In this document: piece after piece, positions 12,940-27,199 of the stretch | Layout: each line of letters begins with the position of its first letter | How positions within the stretch are numbered: the first letter of the stretch is position 1 | Assembly: GCA_028534125.1 (NCBI GenBank) | Contig: CM052817.1 | Coordinates: forward strand, 30,506,001-30,570,000 | DNA: 64,000 bases | Direction: 5' to 3' | From: Lama glama | Lineage: Eukaryota | The notes under the pieces: generated by a model | What the model was told of the DNA's origin: nothing | Database searches by the model: none | Seen by the model: the letters and a program-made list of their open reading frames with translations, nothing else | Program-made: the position numbers and the translations under genes

Positions 12940-14130
12940 AAATAACAAATTGGGTATTGGGTATGAGAGAACAGGAAGCATCAAGGATGACACAAAAGTT
13001 TTTGATCTGAGTAACTGAAAGGATAGAGTTGCCATTTGGTGGCACTGGGAAACTATGGGGAAAGCAGGTTATTTGGACTTTTAGGGGAAATAACAATTTT
13101 GACTTTGGATATGTGAATTTTGAAATGCCTGTCAGACATAGCCAAGAGGAACAGTATAAAGTAAGCAGTTGGCTGGATCGGGATGGAGTTTAGAGAAGGG
13201 TATCACGTTCTAAACATAAAACTGAGGGTTGTCGACTCACTGACAGCATTTAAAGCCATGAGACTCAAGTGGAAGTGAGTGCAAACCGAGAAAAGAGTTG
13301 ACAAAGACTAGCCCTGGTGTGGGTAGACTCATGGGTGCCTCCATCATCCCTGTCTCCTGGTGGTCACATCCTTGTATGATTCCCATTCCCCAGAGTGTGA
13401 GCAGGACTTGTAACCTGCTTCAAACCAACAGACTGTATGACAGCATGTATGTGAATGATGCCGTGTGATCACATTTTTACATTATAAGGTTATAGGGCCC
13501 ATCGTGCTGGAATTTTATCTTCACTAGCTGACTTCTGTGAAGCAAACAGCCATGTTGAGGAATCCACTGGACAAAGAATTGAGGGAAGCCTCTACACGGC
13601 AGCATGTAAGGCCTCCAGCCTCCATCCAACTAGAAATGAAGTCTTACTACTATGCCTTAAGATAATAAACTCTGCCAACAACCTGTTCAAGCTTGGGAAT
13701 AAATTCTTCTCTAGGCAAATATTCAGATGATAGCCCAAGCGCCAGCTGACACCCTGATTGCAGTCTTACAGAAAACCTAGCTGTACCCAGACTTCTGATC
13801 CAAAGAAATGAAGATAGTATGTATGTTGTTTCAATCCTCTAAGTTTGAGGTAATTTGCTATGCACTGATAAAAAAACAAACGCAAGTCCTGAGCTACTAC
13901 AGTATTTAGAGGCCAGAGAGCTACAACAGAGCCAGGGAAAAGACCAAGGAAGAGAGACCGGCAAGGTAGGAAGAAAACCAGGAGAAAAGCATTTCTCCAA
14001 GAGGCTATTGCCAGCTTCCTCAGAGAAATATGAAACAGAGAGAAACAGCAGAGAGAAAGTTGAGTCTGCTGACCTGCTAGAGAGACTCTAAGGTAGTCAC
14101 CACTGAAAGGGACATTAGAAGCTGAGTCTG
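12940..14130 (-). mobile_element. L2 fragment split by an MLT1 LTR
   Basis: gcatcaaggatgacacaaaagtttttgatctgagtaactgaaaggatagagttgccattt...ttttggatatgtgaattttgaaatgcctgtcagacat; resumes after ~13885. Confidence 0.7.
13318..13880 (+). mobile_element. MaLR solo LTR (MLT1E/F-like)
   Basis: Starts tgtgggtagac; ctctgccaacaacctg...cagatgatagccc...gctgacaccctgattgcagtc; ends gttgtttcaatcctctaagtttgaggtaatttgctatgca. Confidence 0.8.
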
Positions 14131-14848
14131 AGCCACCTCCATTCCAGCCTCCTTCCGAGGAGCCAGTGGTCAGAGGCACTGCTCAGTAAAAGACATTCAG
14201 CCTTATCAGGCTCCCCGGAAGACCCAATTAGTGCCTGAGCTGTGCTGCTTCACTGTTTATAAAGATGTGAAAGTTGGTATTTCAAAATTGGCTAACACTT
14301 AATACTAATCAGAGTCAGTTTATTTTAATTACTAAGTAGCTAACATAACCTATTTTTAAACTTTTGTTTTTAGACATGCTTAGATTGGCTTTTAATGTGC
14401 TTTTTTAAAAAAAATCAATACAACCAAATCTAATGAGCATGTATTATGCACAAGGTAGAGCTCAGTGAAAGAGGCTGCCCTGCCACTTTCTGTACATCTA
14501 TAATTTGTATGCAAACTTACACTATTTATAAAGCGCTGTCACACAATCAAAGACTGTGTTGTGCTCTAATGTGATTAGTATTCAGCTTTTATTTAGATTT
14601 ATCTACAGTGAGCATCCTATTTTCCTATAAATGCTTTGAAAGCAATTTCTTTCTTATTCATTCATTTAGTGAAGATATATTGAGCACTTATTTAGTTATA
14701 CAGAGGGGCAAATTGGACAAAAAATACACCAGTATTCAATGCTCCTGTTCTATAAGAACAATACTATCTAAACTGTATCCCTTTTTCTTTATGTCCTCAA
14801 TATTATTTATCTATGTATGTATAGTTATGTGTTATGTGTACACACACA

Positions 14849-15082
14849 CAGTTGACTCTTGAACAACACAGGGGCCATGGGTGCCAACCCTCAGAGCAGC
14901 TGAAAATTCTCCTATACCTTTACAGTCAACCCTTTGTATCTATGGTTCCCCCATATTCTCGGTTCCACACTGTGGACTCAACCAACTACAGATCATGTAG
15001 TATTGTAGCATTTACTATTGAAAGAAATATGCCTATAAGTGGACCTGTGCAATTCAAACCTGTGTTGTTCAAGGGTCAAATA
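14849..15082. mobile_element. MER8-like Tigger MITE
   Basis: TIRs cagttgactcttgaacaacacagg ... cctgtgttgttcaagggtcaa, ~235 bp, in CA/TA-rich flanks. Confidence 0.85.
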
Positions 15083-15182
15083 TATATATAAACATATACA
15101 CATATATACACATTTACTCTTCCCTAACCTGTGTATATAGTGTGTATATATGTATAATGCATATAAATATTATATATCTGTA

Positions 15183-15208
<26 letters not shown>
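15183..15208. repeat. (GT)13 microsatellite
   Basis: Read directly from the sequence. Confidence 0.95.
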
Positions 15209-15217
<9 letters not shown>

Positions 15218-16434
15218 CTCTATACACACTCTGTCTAACCTGGCAATACAACTCTTCCCCTTGCACCATCAGCTTTTCCCCAGGTTTTGCTCCACTATCA
15301 AGGCTAAAATTTAATCAGTTGCTTCTATATTTCCATTTGTTCAGGTTAGCAGTCTTCATTACTCTCAGTAATGTCCTTAGCACTGTGAGGCAAAAGGAAG
15401 TATAAGAGTAAATTATGACATGGAGGAGTTTTCAACTTATTTTATCACTAACAGCTTTCCTAATCTTTTTTGGCCAATCCTCACTTGAATGTATGCTCCT
15501 CCATAGCATTTACTCCTATTAGCTTTTCATTGAAATATTTTTTAGCACATAGTATGTGCTCAATAAGCATTACTTGACTGGAAAGCTACTTTCCAAAATG
15601 ATTGAGGTGGCTTGCATGAGAATGTAAATACACATTTAGCCAAGCAAATGGAAACATACCATTAGATAAACATATATAAACTACAGCTAAATAAAAAGTG
15701 CCTACACAATGTTTAACCCATAGTTTTCACTCAACAATTTGTTTAATGAATAGAAGACAATAACTATTTTTTAAATATGTCCTATAACTGTATTTGAAAA
15801 TTAAATCTAGCCCTGGGCTTTCTCACAGCTATTATAAAGAGAGAAATACAGATTGTGTAACCTTATTTCCAACAAAAAGAAGCATTTCACTTTATGAAAG
15901 GAAAAAAGTTTTTCCTAAGTGATAAGTTCTAAGAATATACTGCAAAGATAATTAGATTAAAGCAAAAATCAGAGCACATGTCTTCCTTAATGGGCTATAG
16001 AAAGATGGATACATTGACACAGAATTGCTAAAATTAAGGTGTTGGATTGAAATATACAGCTCTTTCCAGGATTTCTGCTGTGATTCTATCAACCATTACT
16101 CTTTGTGTTACTGATGCATTTATTATACCAGGAATAATTATTATTTATTAGAACAAGTTGGTGATCATTTTCAAGAATGGAAGAAAAAAAAAGACTGCTA
16201 AATGAACATAAATGTGTTGCACTTTTCAAAATGCACAAGGTATTTATCTCACATGAAAAAACATGCCTCAATATTAATATCTATTTTCCACTCCTCTAAA
16301 GGGTAAGACTTTATTTTAATATAAAGTATCACATGCAGATACATTAAGTAACACAATTTTAGCCTATAAAACACTGCAAAATGTAAATTAATTACTAACA
16401 TTGTGAAAAAAGCCTACTTCTTTACCAGCGCTAT

Positions 16435-16800
16435 ATTAGTAAGAACAAATTGCTTCTCTACATAGGCCATATTGCATTGCCTGCCAGTACCACAGCAAGC
16501 TGCTGAAGCCGCTATCCCTAATGCATACAATCACTGGGCAGCCAGGCTTTGCACCACATGTCCATGTCCCAACAGGACCAGAACTCAGTGGTCCTGGGCT
16601 AGGCATCTAACCCAAGGGCAGTGAATCCATTGGGTTGGCTTGTGACATTAAATGAGAATTGGTTCAATTAAAAACAAAACGCTGGGGCCAATGTATTTCT
16701 TTGTCTTTGGATTCAAACTAAGAAATGTCAAGAAGATAGAGCAGTGACAGAATTGAAGGTGACAGAGGAATAAAGAAGTAATACAAGTTACTAGGGAATA
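16435..16800. mobile_element. Ancient LTR fragment (LTR78-like)
   Basis: ggcatctaacccaagggcagtgaatccattgggttggc...gctggggccaatgtatttctttgtctttggattcaaactaag resembles my recollection of LTR78; boundaries approximate. Confidence 0.4.
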
Positions 16801-16936
16801 CAGGCATAGACATTAGTAGAGTTGCCATCACAGCTGTTTTGGTCCATGCAGAATCCAAGAAGGTGGGCAGTCCCCAAGAGCACTTGCTTTGCAGTTTAAT
16901 ACAAATCTGTGTTCTAATAAGAAAACAGCTTTATCC

Positions 16937-18900
16937 TTTTTTTTCGAGCATAGTGGAATGTAACTGACATATAACACTATGTAAGTTTAAGAGGTACAAT
17001 GCGATGATTTGATATACATTGCAAAATGATTACCACATAAGGCCAGTTGATACAACCATCACCTCACATAGTTACCATTTTGCGTGTGTGTGGTGAGAAC
17101 ATTTCAGATCTCTCTTAGCAGTTTTCAAGCATATGATACATTAGATCTCCAGACTTTATTCATCTTATAACTGGAAGTATGTGCCTTTTGACCATCATCA
17201 CGCAATTCTCCTCTCCCTCTGCAATTCTACTCTGTTTCTAAGTTCAGATTGTTTTAGATTCCACATATAAGTGAGATCATACAGTATCTGTCTTTCTCTG
17301 CCTGACTTATGTCAACTAACCCCTAAGGTCCATCCATGTTGTTAGAAATGGTAGGATTTCCTTCCTTTTTATGGCTGAATAATATTATTTATAATATATA
17401 TTAATAATTATATCACACATTAATGCTTATATAATATAATTAACATACTATGTTACATTATTATAACATAGTGTTATATGTATATAGTATAGTGTATGTA
17501 GTAATATAACACACATTACATGTAAATAATATAGATATATAGATAGATAGATCTCCTGCTTTTCAAAGGTTTGCTTTACACCCTTGGCTTTTAGTACTTG
17601 TTTTTGCTAATCAAAAGAAATTTGAAGAGGATTTTTCACATTTAAGAAAAAAGACAAAAAGCGAAAATAGCATTCAGCACTTGTTCTGCAGTTAGGCCCT
17701 TATATAAGCTGTGTGTATCTGGAGCAGCAAAGAGTAGCGCTCCCAAGCTCCTTCGCCATGAACTACACTCAGGATCTCAGCATCAAGACACCACAGCTTT
17801 GAATTGTGTCTGTGAGCATTTGCGCTTTATCTAGATTTAATTTGTACATCCTTTAGCAAGATGTGTCTATCCCAAGGTAACTGCTGCTTCACTTTATGCC
17901 ATTTTGGCTTAAGAAAGGTTTCATAGGAACACTCTGCTTTCGAATGAGAGAAACCCGTATACTACATTTTCCTTAACTATTCATCCCTCAACGGATATTT
18001 AGGTTGTTTCCACAGCCTGGCTATTGTAAATGATGCTATAATGAACATGAGAGTGCAGCTATCTCTCCCTATAGAAAAGATTTCATTCCTTTAGGACATA
18101 TACTTAGAAGTGGGATTGCTGGATCATACGTTAATTCAAGTTTTAATTTTTTGAGGACTCTCCATACCATTTTCCATAGTGCTGCACCAATTTATTTTAT
18201 CACCAGTAGTGCATAAGTGTTCCCTTTTTGCTACATCCTTCCCAGCATTTTATCTCATGGGCTTTTGATAAAAGCCATACTAACAGGCGAGGTGATATCT
18301 CATTGTGGTTTTGACCTGCATTTCCCCTCATGATTAGTGATGCTGAGCACCTTTTAACGTGCTGTTGTTTTCATATGCATATTGTCTTCGGAAAACATCT
18401 ATCTCAGTCCTCTACCCATTGTTTAATCCAATTATTTGGGGGGTTTGCTACTGAGTTGTATGAATCTCATATATTTTGAATAGTAATCCCTTATGTACTA
18501 TATGGTTTCCAAATACTTTCTGCCATTCCGTATGTTGCCTTTTCGCTTGCTGATTGTTTCTTCTGCTGCATAGAAGCTTTTTAGTTTGATGTAGTTCCAC
18601 TTGTTTATTCTTGCTTTTGTTGCTTGTGCTTTTAGTGTCATATCCAAAAAATTATTGCCAACGCCAATGTCAAGGAGATTTTTTCCTGATTTTTTTCTAG
18701 GAGTTTTATGATTTCAGGTGTTAACATTTAAGTCTTTGATCCATTTCAAGTTAATTTTTGTGAGCAGTGTGAGATAGAGGGCCAATTTCATTCTTTTCCA
18801 TGTAAATGTCCAGTTTTCATAACACCATTTATTGAATAGTCAATTCTTTCCCATTGAGTATTCTTGGCCCCCTTGTCAAATTTTAGTTGACAATATATGT
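16937..18900 (-). mobile_element. L1MA-type element (3' ORF2 plus 3' UTR)
   Basis: ttttagattccacatataagtgagatcatacagtat; gaagtgggattgctggatcata; gaagctttttagtttgatgtagt; ccagttttcataacaccatttattgaa. Contains a TA-rich expansion and a nested MITE. Confidence 0.9.
17548..17957. mobile_element. TcMar/Tigger-like non-autonomous DNA transposon nested in the L1 TA-rich tract
   Basis: ~410 bp non-L1 block bounded by TA; degenerate inverted ends (agatctcctgcttttcaaag... / ...ctttcgaatgagagaaacccg|ta); L1 sequence resumes immediately after. Confidence 0.65.
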
Positions 18901-21409
18901 AATAGGAGAATAACAAAATATGCTTATCATCACAGAAGAAAATATGACAAAGTCATTAAAACATGTTTTTGAACAATATTAAATGTATGGCAAATTAGTT
19001 ATGTATTTTGTGTTATTTTGTGCATATTTTGTGTATTTTGGATTAAGTGAGAAAAAAGCTAAAAATTACATAGACAATATGATCCTAAATTTGTTGAACA
19101 AATATAATATAGAGGCAAAAGACAAATGTTTAGGCAGTTAAATACATGGACCTGGAGAAAAAGACCATTAACTGTTTACAAGGTATTTTATGTTGGATGA
19201 CAATATTTTTCTTCATACTTTTTTTATAGTTTTAAAATATTTACAGTTAAGTCTGGTTTTGTTTTTTAATCAGAAAAATAAAGTGTTCTAAAAAAAATTA
19301 GCTTAGGATCTGAATTATGTGCTTCCTCCAAGTTCTTACAGATCAGTGAGGAATGAGCGCCAGGTAGAGGATCTGACTACAGTACTAGGATTGGACAGTA
19401 TCCTTTTCCAAAGCCCTTGATTGACATCACCTGACTCAGCTGTGCTTCACTCCACACACTCACCTCAGCTCAGCACTAGAGGATTGGGACACTGATGTTC
19501 ACTAATCAGCCTTACTTTATAAAGACTTAAGTTATTTGCCCAGTTGTTTGTATGTTTTACTTCTCAACTGCAAAGTACAGTTTCTATTCCTTCCGTCTCC
19601 TTACACAGTGCATCATCCAGCACTGGATAAGCTTTTGCAAACATAAGGACATTAAAAAGCTGAACTGAAAATTCTCTCTTGAATAGAAAGTGCACAAGTT
19701 TTCATCCCATCAGGCACTCTTCTCATAAAAAGGATGAAATTAAGAGTCAAAAACCAAAACTACTCCTAAGAGAAAAATGAGATTTTCTGAGTAATTGAGA
19801 AGACTTGAAGCAAAGTTATTAAAAAGAATTATTTTACTTATCCAAAGTCATCATAGCTGAAGAGTTTTTGTTTGTTTTTAAAGTGGCAAACATCAGTAAG
19901 GTATATCCGCAGTGGAAGAAAATCACCACTTAGTAATTTCAGAATTTCACAGATAGGTGAAATGGTGAATAGGATCAGAAATAGTTGGAACAATGGAGAT
20001 GCAGTTTGATAGAACTGTGCAATGAAGGTAGAAACTTTTAACTTTAAAAGTTAAACTTCATGCAATCACAGATAGAAAGACTGGAAACTTTGACATTATA
20101 CCAGTTCTTACGTATGGACATGACAAATGCAGAACAGAACAGAGAAAATAAGCATATGATGATACGGCAGGTGGCCTAGAGGTTCCACCAGAGTGGAAAT
20201 CTCACCTCCACCATCACTGGCTAACTCCCAGTAAGTTACTCAGATTTCCCTAGTCTAAAATGAGGATAATAGTAATACTTACCCCATATGGTTCTTGTGA
20301 GAATAAACTAAAACCACATAGTTAAGTTTAACAAATAATAGTTGATTTAGATTATGAAGTGGAGAACATAACTATTTCACTGAAATCCATTTTATTTGCT
20401 TTACAGCATCATAAAAAGCTGTATTACTATTTGAAATTTAAACATCAGTTTGAATTGAAGTCACGAATGCTGGGCCCTAGTTGAGGTTCTCCGACCTTGA
20501 TGTGAGCTGTGGGCACACCATTTTCTTTTCTAAGCCCCAGTGGTGTCATGGGAAAGTGTACAGGATAAGTTTTACACTCTCTTCCTGCTTTCAAATTGCT
20601 ATGATCTATATAGCTAGGAGAAAAAAAGTGTTTTAATACTGCTGCTTACAAAATATTTTCACAGTAGGAACTTAAATAGTGGAGCATTTCAACATATTTA
20701 TGTAACACCTAAATTAAACAAAGAGCGAGTACAATTTCCCAGTGGGAGAGCTACAGAAGTAAAAACTGATCAAAACAAAGAGTTTTCAGAATGCATACTA
20801 AAGTTTCAGTGAACAGAAGAAAATCCCTGAAAAACCAATCCTGGTGTTGGAAAGAAAAAAAAAAAAGGTGTGGGGGTTTTTTTGTTGTTTTTTTTGGCTT
20901 TTTTCCTTTGCATGTATCCTCCTTCATAGTCTCATAGAGACACAGAAGATATACTGATAGCAGATAAAACTAATTCCACTGACTTATTTACATCTTTTCA
21001 CCTTATAATCTAATTTAACTAATGTTTGTTAACTTATGATGTATCATAAGTATTAGAAGCTGGTAGAAATTTTGAAGAGTTTTTTTTATGTATCTCATGT
21101 CTGCCCTCTAGGAATCTATTTATATATAATAAAATAAGATATACAAGGTATATCATATATAATAATGTACATAAAAACATACGGTATTTTTATATACTAC
21201 AGAAAAAGATATATACACACAGTTAATGTATTCAAACACAAAGTAAATGGCTTAAATTCAGGATAGTAAATTCAAGAGATTATCAGGTCCAAGAAGGGCA
21301 AGTAAATACGTGCAATGGGCAAGGCAGATACTGAGCCACACTGAAGCATATTTTCTCAGAAAAGCTGCCTGCTAAACTGTCCATGGATTGCTACCACTTG
21401 ATAATAGGA

Positions 21410-21550
21410 GACCAAGGTTCCTAGACCTACTAATTTTCTGAAGAGAAACAGGAATTTAGATGTTTATGTAAAATATCTATTCTTTTCTAGTGTTGGAAAC
21501 TAATTTAAACATTTTAAAACCTCATGCAAATCAAATAGACACATCTTCAG
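21410..21550. mobile_element. hAT-Charlie MITE fragment (MER103C-like)
   Basis: ttttctgaagagaaacaggaatttagatgtttatgtaaaatatc...tgttggaaactaatttaaacattttaaaac...caaatcaaatagacacatct. Confidence 0.55.
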
Positions 21551-23365
21551 ATTATTAAGTGCTATGGAAAAAATATTTGTTAACACCTTATGATGCTTCA
21601 AATGTTTAACATGCTGTAACATATTTTTTCTCATAAAAACCTGAGGCAATTATTACACCAATTTTAACAATTTTATAGGGAAACTGAGGATCAGGGAAGC
21701 TATATAACGTCTACATAGTCAAATAAGCAGAAGATTTGGTTTCAAAACCAGGCTTGTCTACCTTCGATGTCCATATCCTTTCTAATATGCAACATTTTTA
21801 ATCAAAAAAATGTTCCATGAAAAGAGAACTTTATTTTAGACCTGAGAGGATAGGTAAATTTGGATAACAAAGAGGAGATATGAAATGGTTTTCATTAGAG
21901 GCAACATGTGAATACTAAGAGGAAGGAATGAACATGGTTTTTTTAGAGAACACCTTGGAATCTGGATTGGTGACAGTAGACATTACATAGTGGGAAATCC
22001 AGAGAAAATGGATTATATATAATATATCAATAATATTTAAATTTAACATTCACAACAAAACAGAACATCAGAAGCTAGTAAACTTAAAGAAATTGTTCTT
22101 TTCTATTCATGTTAACCTCCAGTGTCAAGCAATCATCAATGACAACCTTTATTGTCTTTATAATCTTCCTAAGAGAAATAGATTTTGATGACAAAAGAGG
22201 TGAAAATCACGTTGATACATGTACACGAGAAAAATTATCTAATGTGCTGAACTCCGAATTCAGACATCCTAAAGCAACCCCAAAATGCAGTTGCTCTATA
22301 TTTCAAACAAAAGTTAGTGTCCTATCTAGATGAATTATTCATAAAATTATACTTCTTAATTTCATCTGGATTTTACTCAGTCTCCCCACAAAGTGTCTTA
22401 AACTGACATCCCAGAGAGCATGATCTGCCCTCAAAAAAGTTTAAAACCTGCCCTGATCACTGTGAAGAAACCAGCCTCCATTCTTACATAAATACTTTAT
22501 TTAGTTTCAAAACCACAAAAAGACTCTGATGCCTTTAAAAATCAAATTGTACTATCCCCATTAAAATTATCCCTAAACTATCTCTAAGCTTGGTGGGAAA
22601 ATCTGAAATAACACAAACATGAGTATTCATCTCAGCTCTAGCCTTGAAGAGATGGAGAATGTTGCTAGAACTTCTGATATTTTTCTTCAAAAAAAAAAAA
22701 AAACTGAAAAGCTGAGAGTTTTTTTGGAAGGCCTCTTAATTTTTCAAAGTTTGGCTTAGTTAAGAGAATAACCTGTAAGCTAAAACACACAAACACACAA
22801 ACCTGCAGAATCTCTAAAGGAACGAACTATAGGAATTAGCAATCAGCCAGGGTAGGGGCAGAGTAGAGTAGAATTGCAGCGATGTTCAAACATTGCTATA
22901 AGACATAGTATTTAAGAAATGGCTTATACAAAGGTAGAGAGGAAAGACACTGCTAATTACATTTGAGAAACAGAAATGTCACTTGTTAACTTCTTTACAG
23001 CAATCCTCTTTGCCCCCTCTCACCTCCACCGCTGCCATTTCCCAACAAAGAAGAAAGTATTGTAGCATCACTTATATTTTGAGATATTTTGATATACCAG
23101 CTCAACCAGTATATGGGTTTCAGGCCATTTTTAATTCATGAAAATATTAGCTGTATATTAAATACATTTCAAACAGAGAGAAGAAGGAAATAAACTATTC
23201 TAGAGCTTTAAAACGCTGCATCTCAAAGTTACTTGACTTAAATTATTTGGTTTGGTACAGTTAGATAGACCCTAGAGGAATATCTAAGAATTTCTTGGGA
23301 GCAGGAGACTTTTTCAAACAATACAGCTCTATTTCCCTCAGTTCTTGAAGATTCTGATGGGTGTC

Positions 23366-23366
<1 letters not shown>

Positions 23367-23396
<30 letters not shown>
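23367..23396. repeat. (TG)15 microsatellite
   Basis: Read directly from the sequence. Confidence 0.95.
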
Positions 23397-23397
<1 letters not shown>

Positions 23398-25790
23398 TGT
23401 GGTATGTGTGTGTATGTGCCCATTATGTGTACATTTGTCTGGGTTCTAGGGTTTGTAAGGATTGACAACCACAGCCCTAGCTTTCAGCAGCTGATGTGGA
23501 AGTACCTTATTCCTCAGATATATAAAGAAATAAAATGACTGGAAATCAAGGTAACCAGTAACTAACATGTAAGTTAGCTACATGACAGTAACTAACATGT
23601 AGGGCAGTTAATTACTTTTCTAAAGCCATTTCACAAATATCATTGATTGCTCTTTACCCCAACCTTGAGAGATGAATGCTGCTTCCTGCATAAAATGTGT
23701 GCTTATGATTTCCCTCTGATTATTCAACGAGTAGCTGGCAGAGCCAGACCCTCAATTTAAATCTGCTGACTTAGGGTGGAAACAATACTCTCAGGGATAG
23801 TGTGTTGTCCTTTAAGGTGCGTGGATGAATGTGATGAGGAATGCATGGTTACATGAATGATCTCCACAAACAGGTGAGACTGTTGAAAGCCTCTGTCTCT
23901 CACCAGCAGTGTGGTCTCTTCCTGCCAACGAGGCTGTCTCCACCCTAACAACCCACACTCCAGCCCTACCAAGGTTCCCTCTTTTTCTAACTGCCTTAAT
24001 CGCTGATACAGCCCCTTTCATTTCTCCTAAATCTGACTCAACTGCCTCTTCTACTCCTTCTTTTTGGGCCTGCGGGTTTCTATCAAAATGAACACAGATT
24101 TCTGGAGTCAGAGATCTGTGTCCAAATTCTGAAGCTGACATTTACAAGCTCTATGATCCTGAAGAAGGTTCTTTAATGTATCTGAGCTCTAGTTTCCTCA
24201 TCTGGAAAGTGGCGCTGGGGAAGAATAAGTAAAGAACTCTTAATCAAATAAGATAACCTAAGAGGTCCGTCTGGTAGCTATTACAGTTTATGTCTTCAAT
24301 GACATTTCGTACTCTCAATCAATCTGATTTGGGGGAATACACACCTTTGTTTCTCATTTCTATCTCAGAAAGGTAATTCTTCACAAATTATGTCAAATAA
24401 AGAAATTCTACAGCATGAGTAAAAGGAAATGAACTCAGAGGTCAGCATGTCAGTCTGAGTTCATGTCTTTACCTCTTCCTAGCTGTAGAAACTCAGACAA
24501 CCTACTGGCTCACTCTGTGCCTAACATGAGGATAGCAATGCTACCTACCTCAAAGAGCTTTCATCTTAATCTAATTAAATGGAAATTAAATAAAGTAGAA
24601 AGCACTCAGAATATGGTAGAAGCTCAATAAAATTTACTATTATTTGTTAGTAGAGATATTATTCCTTCTTTATTTGAACCCCAATCATTCTTTCGGTTAA
24701 ATTATCAGGGGACTGAAATTGATGTCCAGTAGGTAAATAGATTAAAATATTATGAACCATAAAGAGAAAAATACATTTTTCTTTCAGATTACAATTTACT
24801 TTGTATCTCAAATCAAATTGAAAGCCTTTTCTTTGGGAACTTTAGCTTATCCATCTATTTTGTCCCTTTTAAAAAAAAATGACTCATATTTCTGTGAAAA
24901 CTAAATTCAACACATAATTTACAACACACAACCAAAATCCAACATTTAATTTTATGTTTTATTCAAGAAAGAGCAACAGAGCTGGGAGGGGAGAAAAGCT
25001 GGAATTTGCTTAAATTTGTGATATTTTTAAGAGTCACAAAATATACTTAAAGCAAAGGTGAGATGAAAATACAGTGAAGATACAAGAAGATTCCAAATGA
25101 ATGAAGCAGTGAGTAAAATTTCACCCCTGAAATTTTCATTGGTGACATTTTTTTTTCAGATGCAACATCTAATATATAAAACTGAAAAAACAAACAAACA
25201 ACAAGCTGGAGCTTAACTAGCCTTCATTTCATATTCCATTTCTGTAACTACCAAACCACACATAGCCTATTATCTTGATTCTTTCGCGTATGCTTTTTTG
25301 TTCCCAGAGCAGAATGTAGTCTCAGCTACACTAACCGTATTTCAAAATAAAGGTTATGCTTTGATATGTAGGTTTTACATGGTCCCAGATGACCTCTGAA
25401 AGCACACACTATTTTTGTCTCTGTAGCCTTAGATATGATGCTTTAAAAAGTAAGAAAATTGTAAACATGGCAAATGCAGAAGATATTTCTGGAAATTTCT
25501 CTCAACACTGATATTTTTGTGTATTTTGTAAGACTGACACATACAATTCTGTGCTGGTTGCTTCTCTTCTGTTACGTGTTTGTTTGAACGTGGAAATAAC
25601 CATAGTACTGTTTAACCAAAATGCTCCCTACCTGATATGTCTGTGGTTACCGCTGGTCTCCTAAGTATTCTCTGAAAATTACAGGTCCATTCCTGCCTCG
25701 AAATGGTTATTAAAAATACTTCAAACCTCTCCTCTGCTTCGAAGACTATGGCTGGGAACTAAGACGACATAATTTACCTCGAACATGTAC

Positions 25791-25857
25791 CTGCGTTTGG
25801 GTAACTGCTACACTGCATGTAGGGATAACTTCTGCTCATGTATGTCTTTCCAGCCAT
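25791..25857 (-). other. Candidate alternative exon with short ORF MAGKTYMSRSYPYMQCSSYPNA ending at a phase-1 donor
   Basis: ATG at 25857; donor CAG|gtacat after 25791 (a second donor, GAG|gtaaat after 25778, would be phase 2); non-repetitive DNA with some CpG retained; weak Kozak context. Confidence 0.2.
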
Positions 25858-27199
25858 TCATTACCAATTCTTCTTTTTAATTTTCCTCTTTAGTTTGTCT
25901 TTTTTAATGGACATTCTGCAAATTTTCTGGAAGTCATGGAATAAAATAATTACTAAACAAGGAAATTAAAGGAAGGCATTTTAAATCCAATGCCAAGTGC
26001 AAAATGTTAGATTTTAATGTTTCTTCCAGAGAATGCACTGCCCACTCATTTTGCCTGAGATCTGCTGGAGCCACTTTCAACCTTTCATTTTTTTGTTTGT
26101 TTGTTTCTTTCACTGTGTTCTCAGCTGTCCTTGGAAAAAGCTCAGAGTTGTTCCCATCTTTTTCCATCCTCGGTTCTGTAGCTGAATCCTAAACATTTTC
26201 TGCCTAAATGACAGTTTTTTCTACTTCTAATCCATACTATAAAGATCCTCTAGATTAAATTCCTAAAACATCACTTTCATCATGTCATAATGTTGCTTAA
26301 GATGCTACCGTAGTTCTAGTGGTTGTGGGAAAAGCCCACATTCTTTACACTGAGAGTTTCCAAAGCCTGGAGATGGTATCCCATTTCAGTTATCAATCTA
26401 ACCTCCTATGACTTCCCAATTTGCTGTCATTCCCATCAGAATATATTCCTTTCCATCCCCCACATGCCATGCTTTTTCTACCTATGACTTTCCTGACACT
26501 GACTTCTCTTTTCCCCATCTTTTCAGCTCTCCAAATCCCATCTTACTCTCTAGGGCCAACTGAAGTATCATAATTCCTATTAAAAAAAAAACCAAAAACT
26601 TCAACTGCTCCAACCCACAAGTCACACTTCTCTTGGAATTTACACTATACTTACCAACTGCTGTGTAATTCAGTGTGAGGTTTGTATGCTGCACTGCATG
26701 ATTTCTCCTTTGGAACTACTGCAAGTCCAAAAAGACCCTAAGCTGCTTGAGGTCATGGAAAATGCCCTATGTTACCTCTCTATTATCCACTGTGCTTTTT
26801 TCATTGCTGAAAACACACTCAGTATATAAGGACACAAAGTGGACTCGACATAATCTTAAAATAAAAGGTTTACAAAATGCAATTCTACTAATTGTATTAC
26901 ATAAGGATAGATTAATGATTGTCTAAGATATGTGAATAGGGCAAATCTGTGTTCTGTGAAAAAGGTTAAGCAGATATCAAATTTTTATAAACAAAATAAT
27001 AGTTTAAATATACTGGATAGTGATATTTAAATAATCTTTTGGTGACTATAAAGAGAGGAAGGCCACCTGATTTTCAGTTTCAAACATAGATTTCTGTCCT
27101 GGTCTCATAAAAAGAAAGCTTTTTGATTTTCTAAATTAGGAGTTAAAAGAAACAAGGAGGTAGGGAGAGAGCAAAGTAAGTATGGCTTCCAGCTGTGAG

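Noticed and set aside
20852..20908. A-tract/T-tract hairpin resembling a terminator
   Set aside because: Low-complexity mononucleotide runs; intrinsic terminators are not relevant in a mammalian intron.
22117..22168. Possible minus-strand exon (tttctcttag|GAAGATTATAAAG...; KIIKTIKVVIDDCLTLE)
   Set aside because: Only a poor donor (gttaac) follows and there is no other support.
25115..25136. 9-bp inverted repeat aaaatttca-cccc-tgaaatttt, similar to the hairpin at 11717
   Set aside because: Expected by chance in AT-rich DNA.
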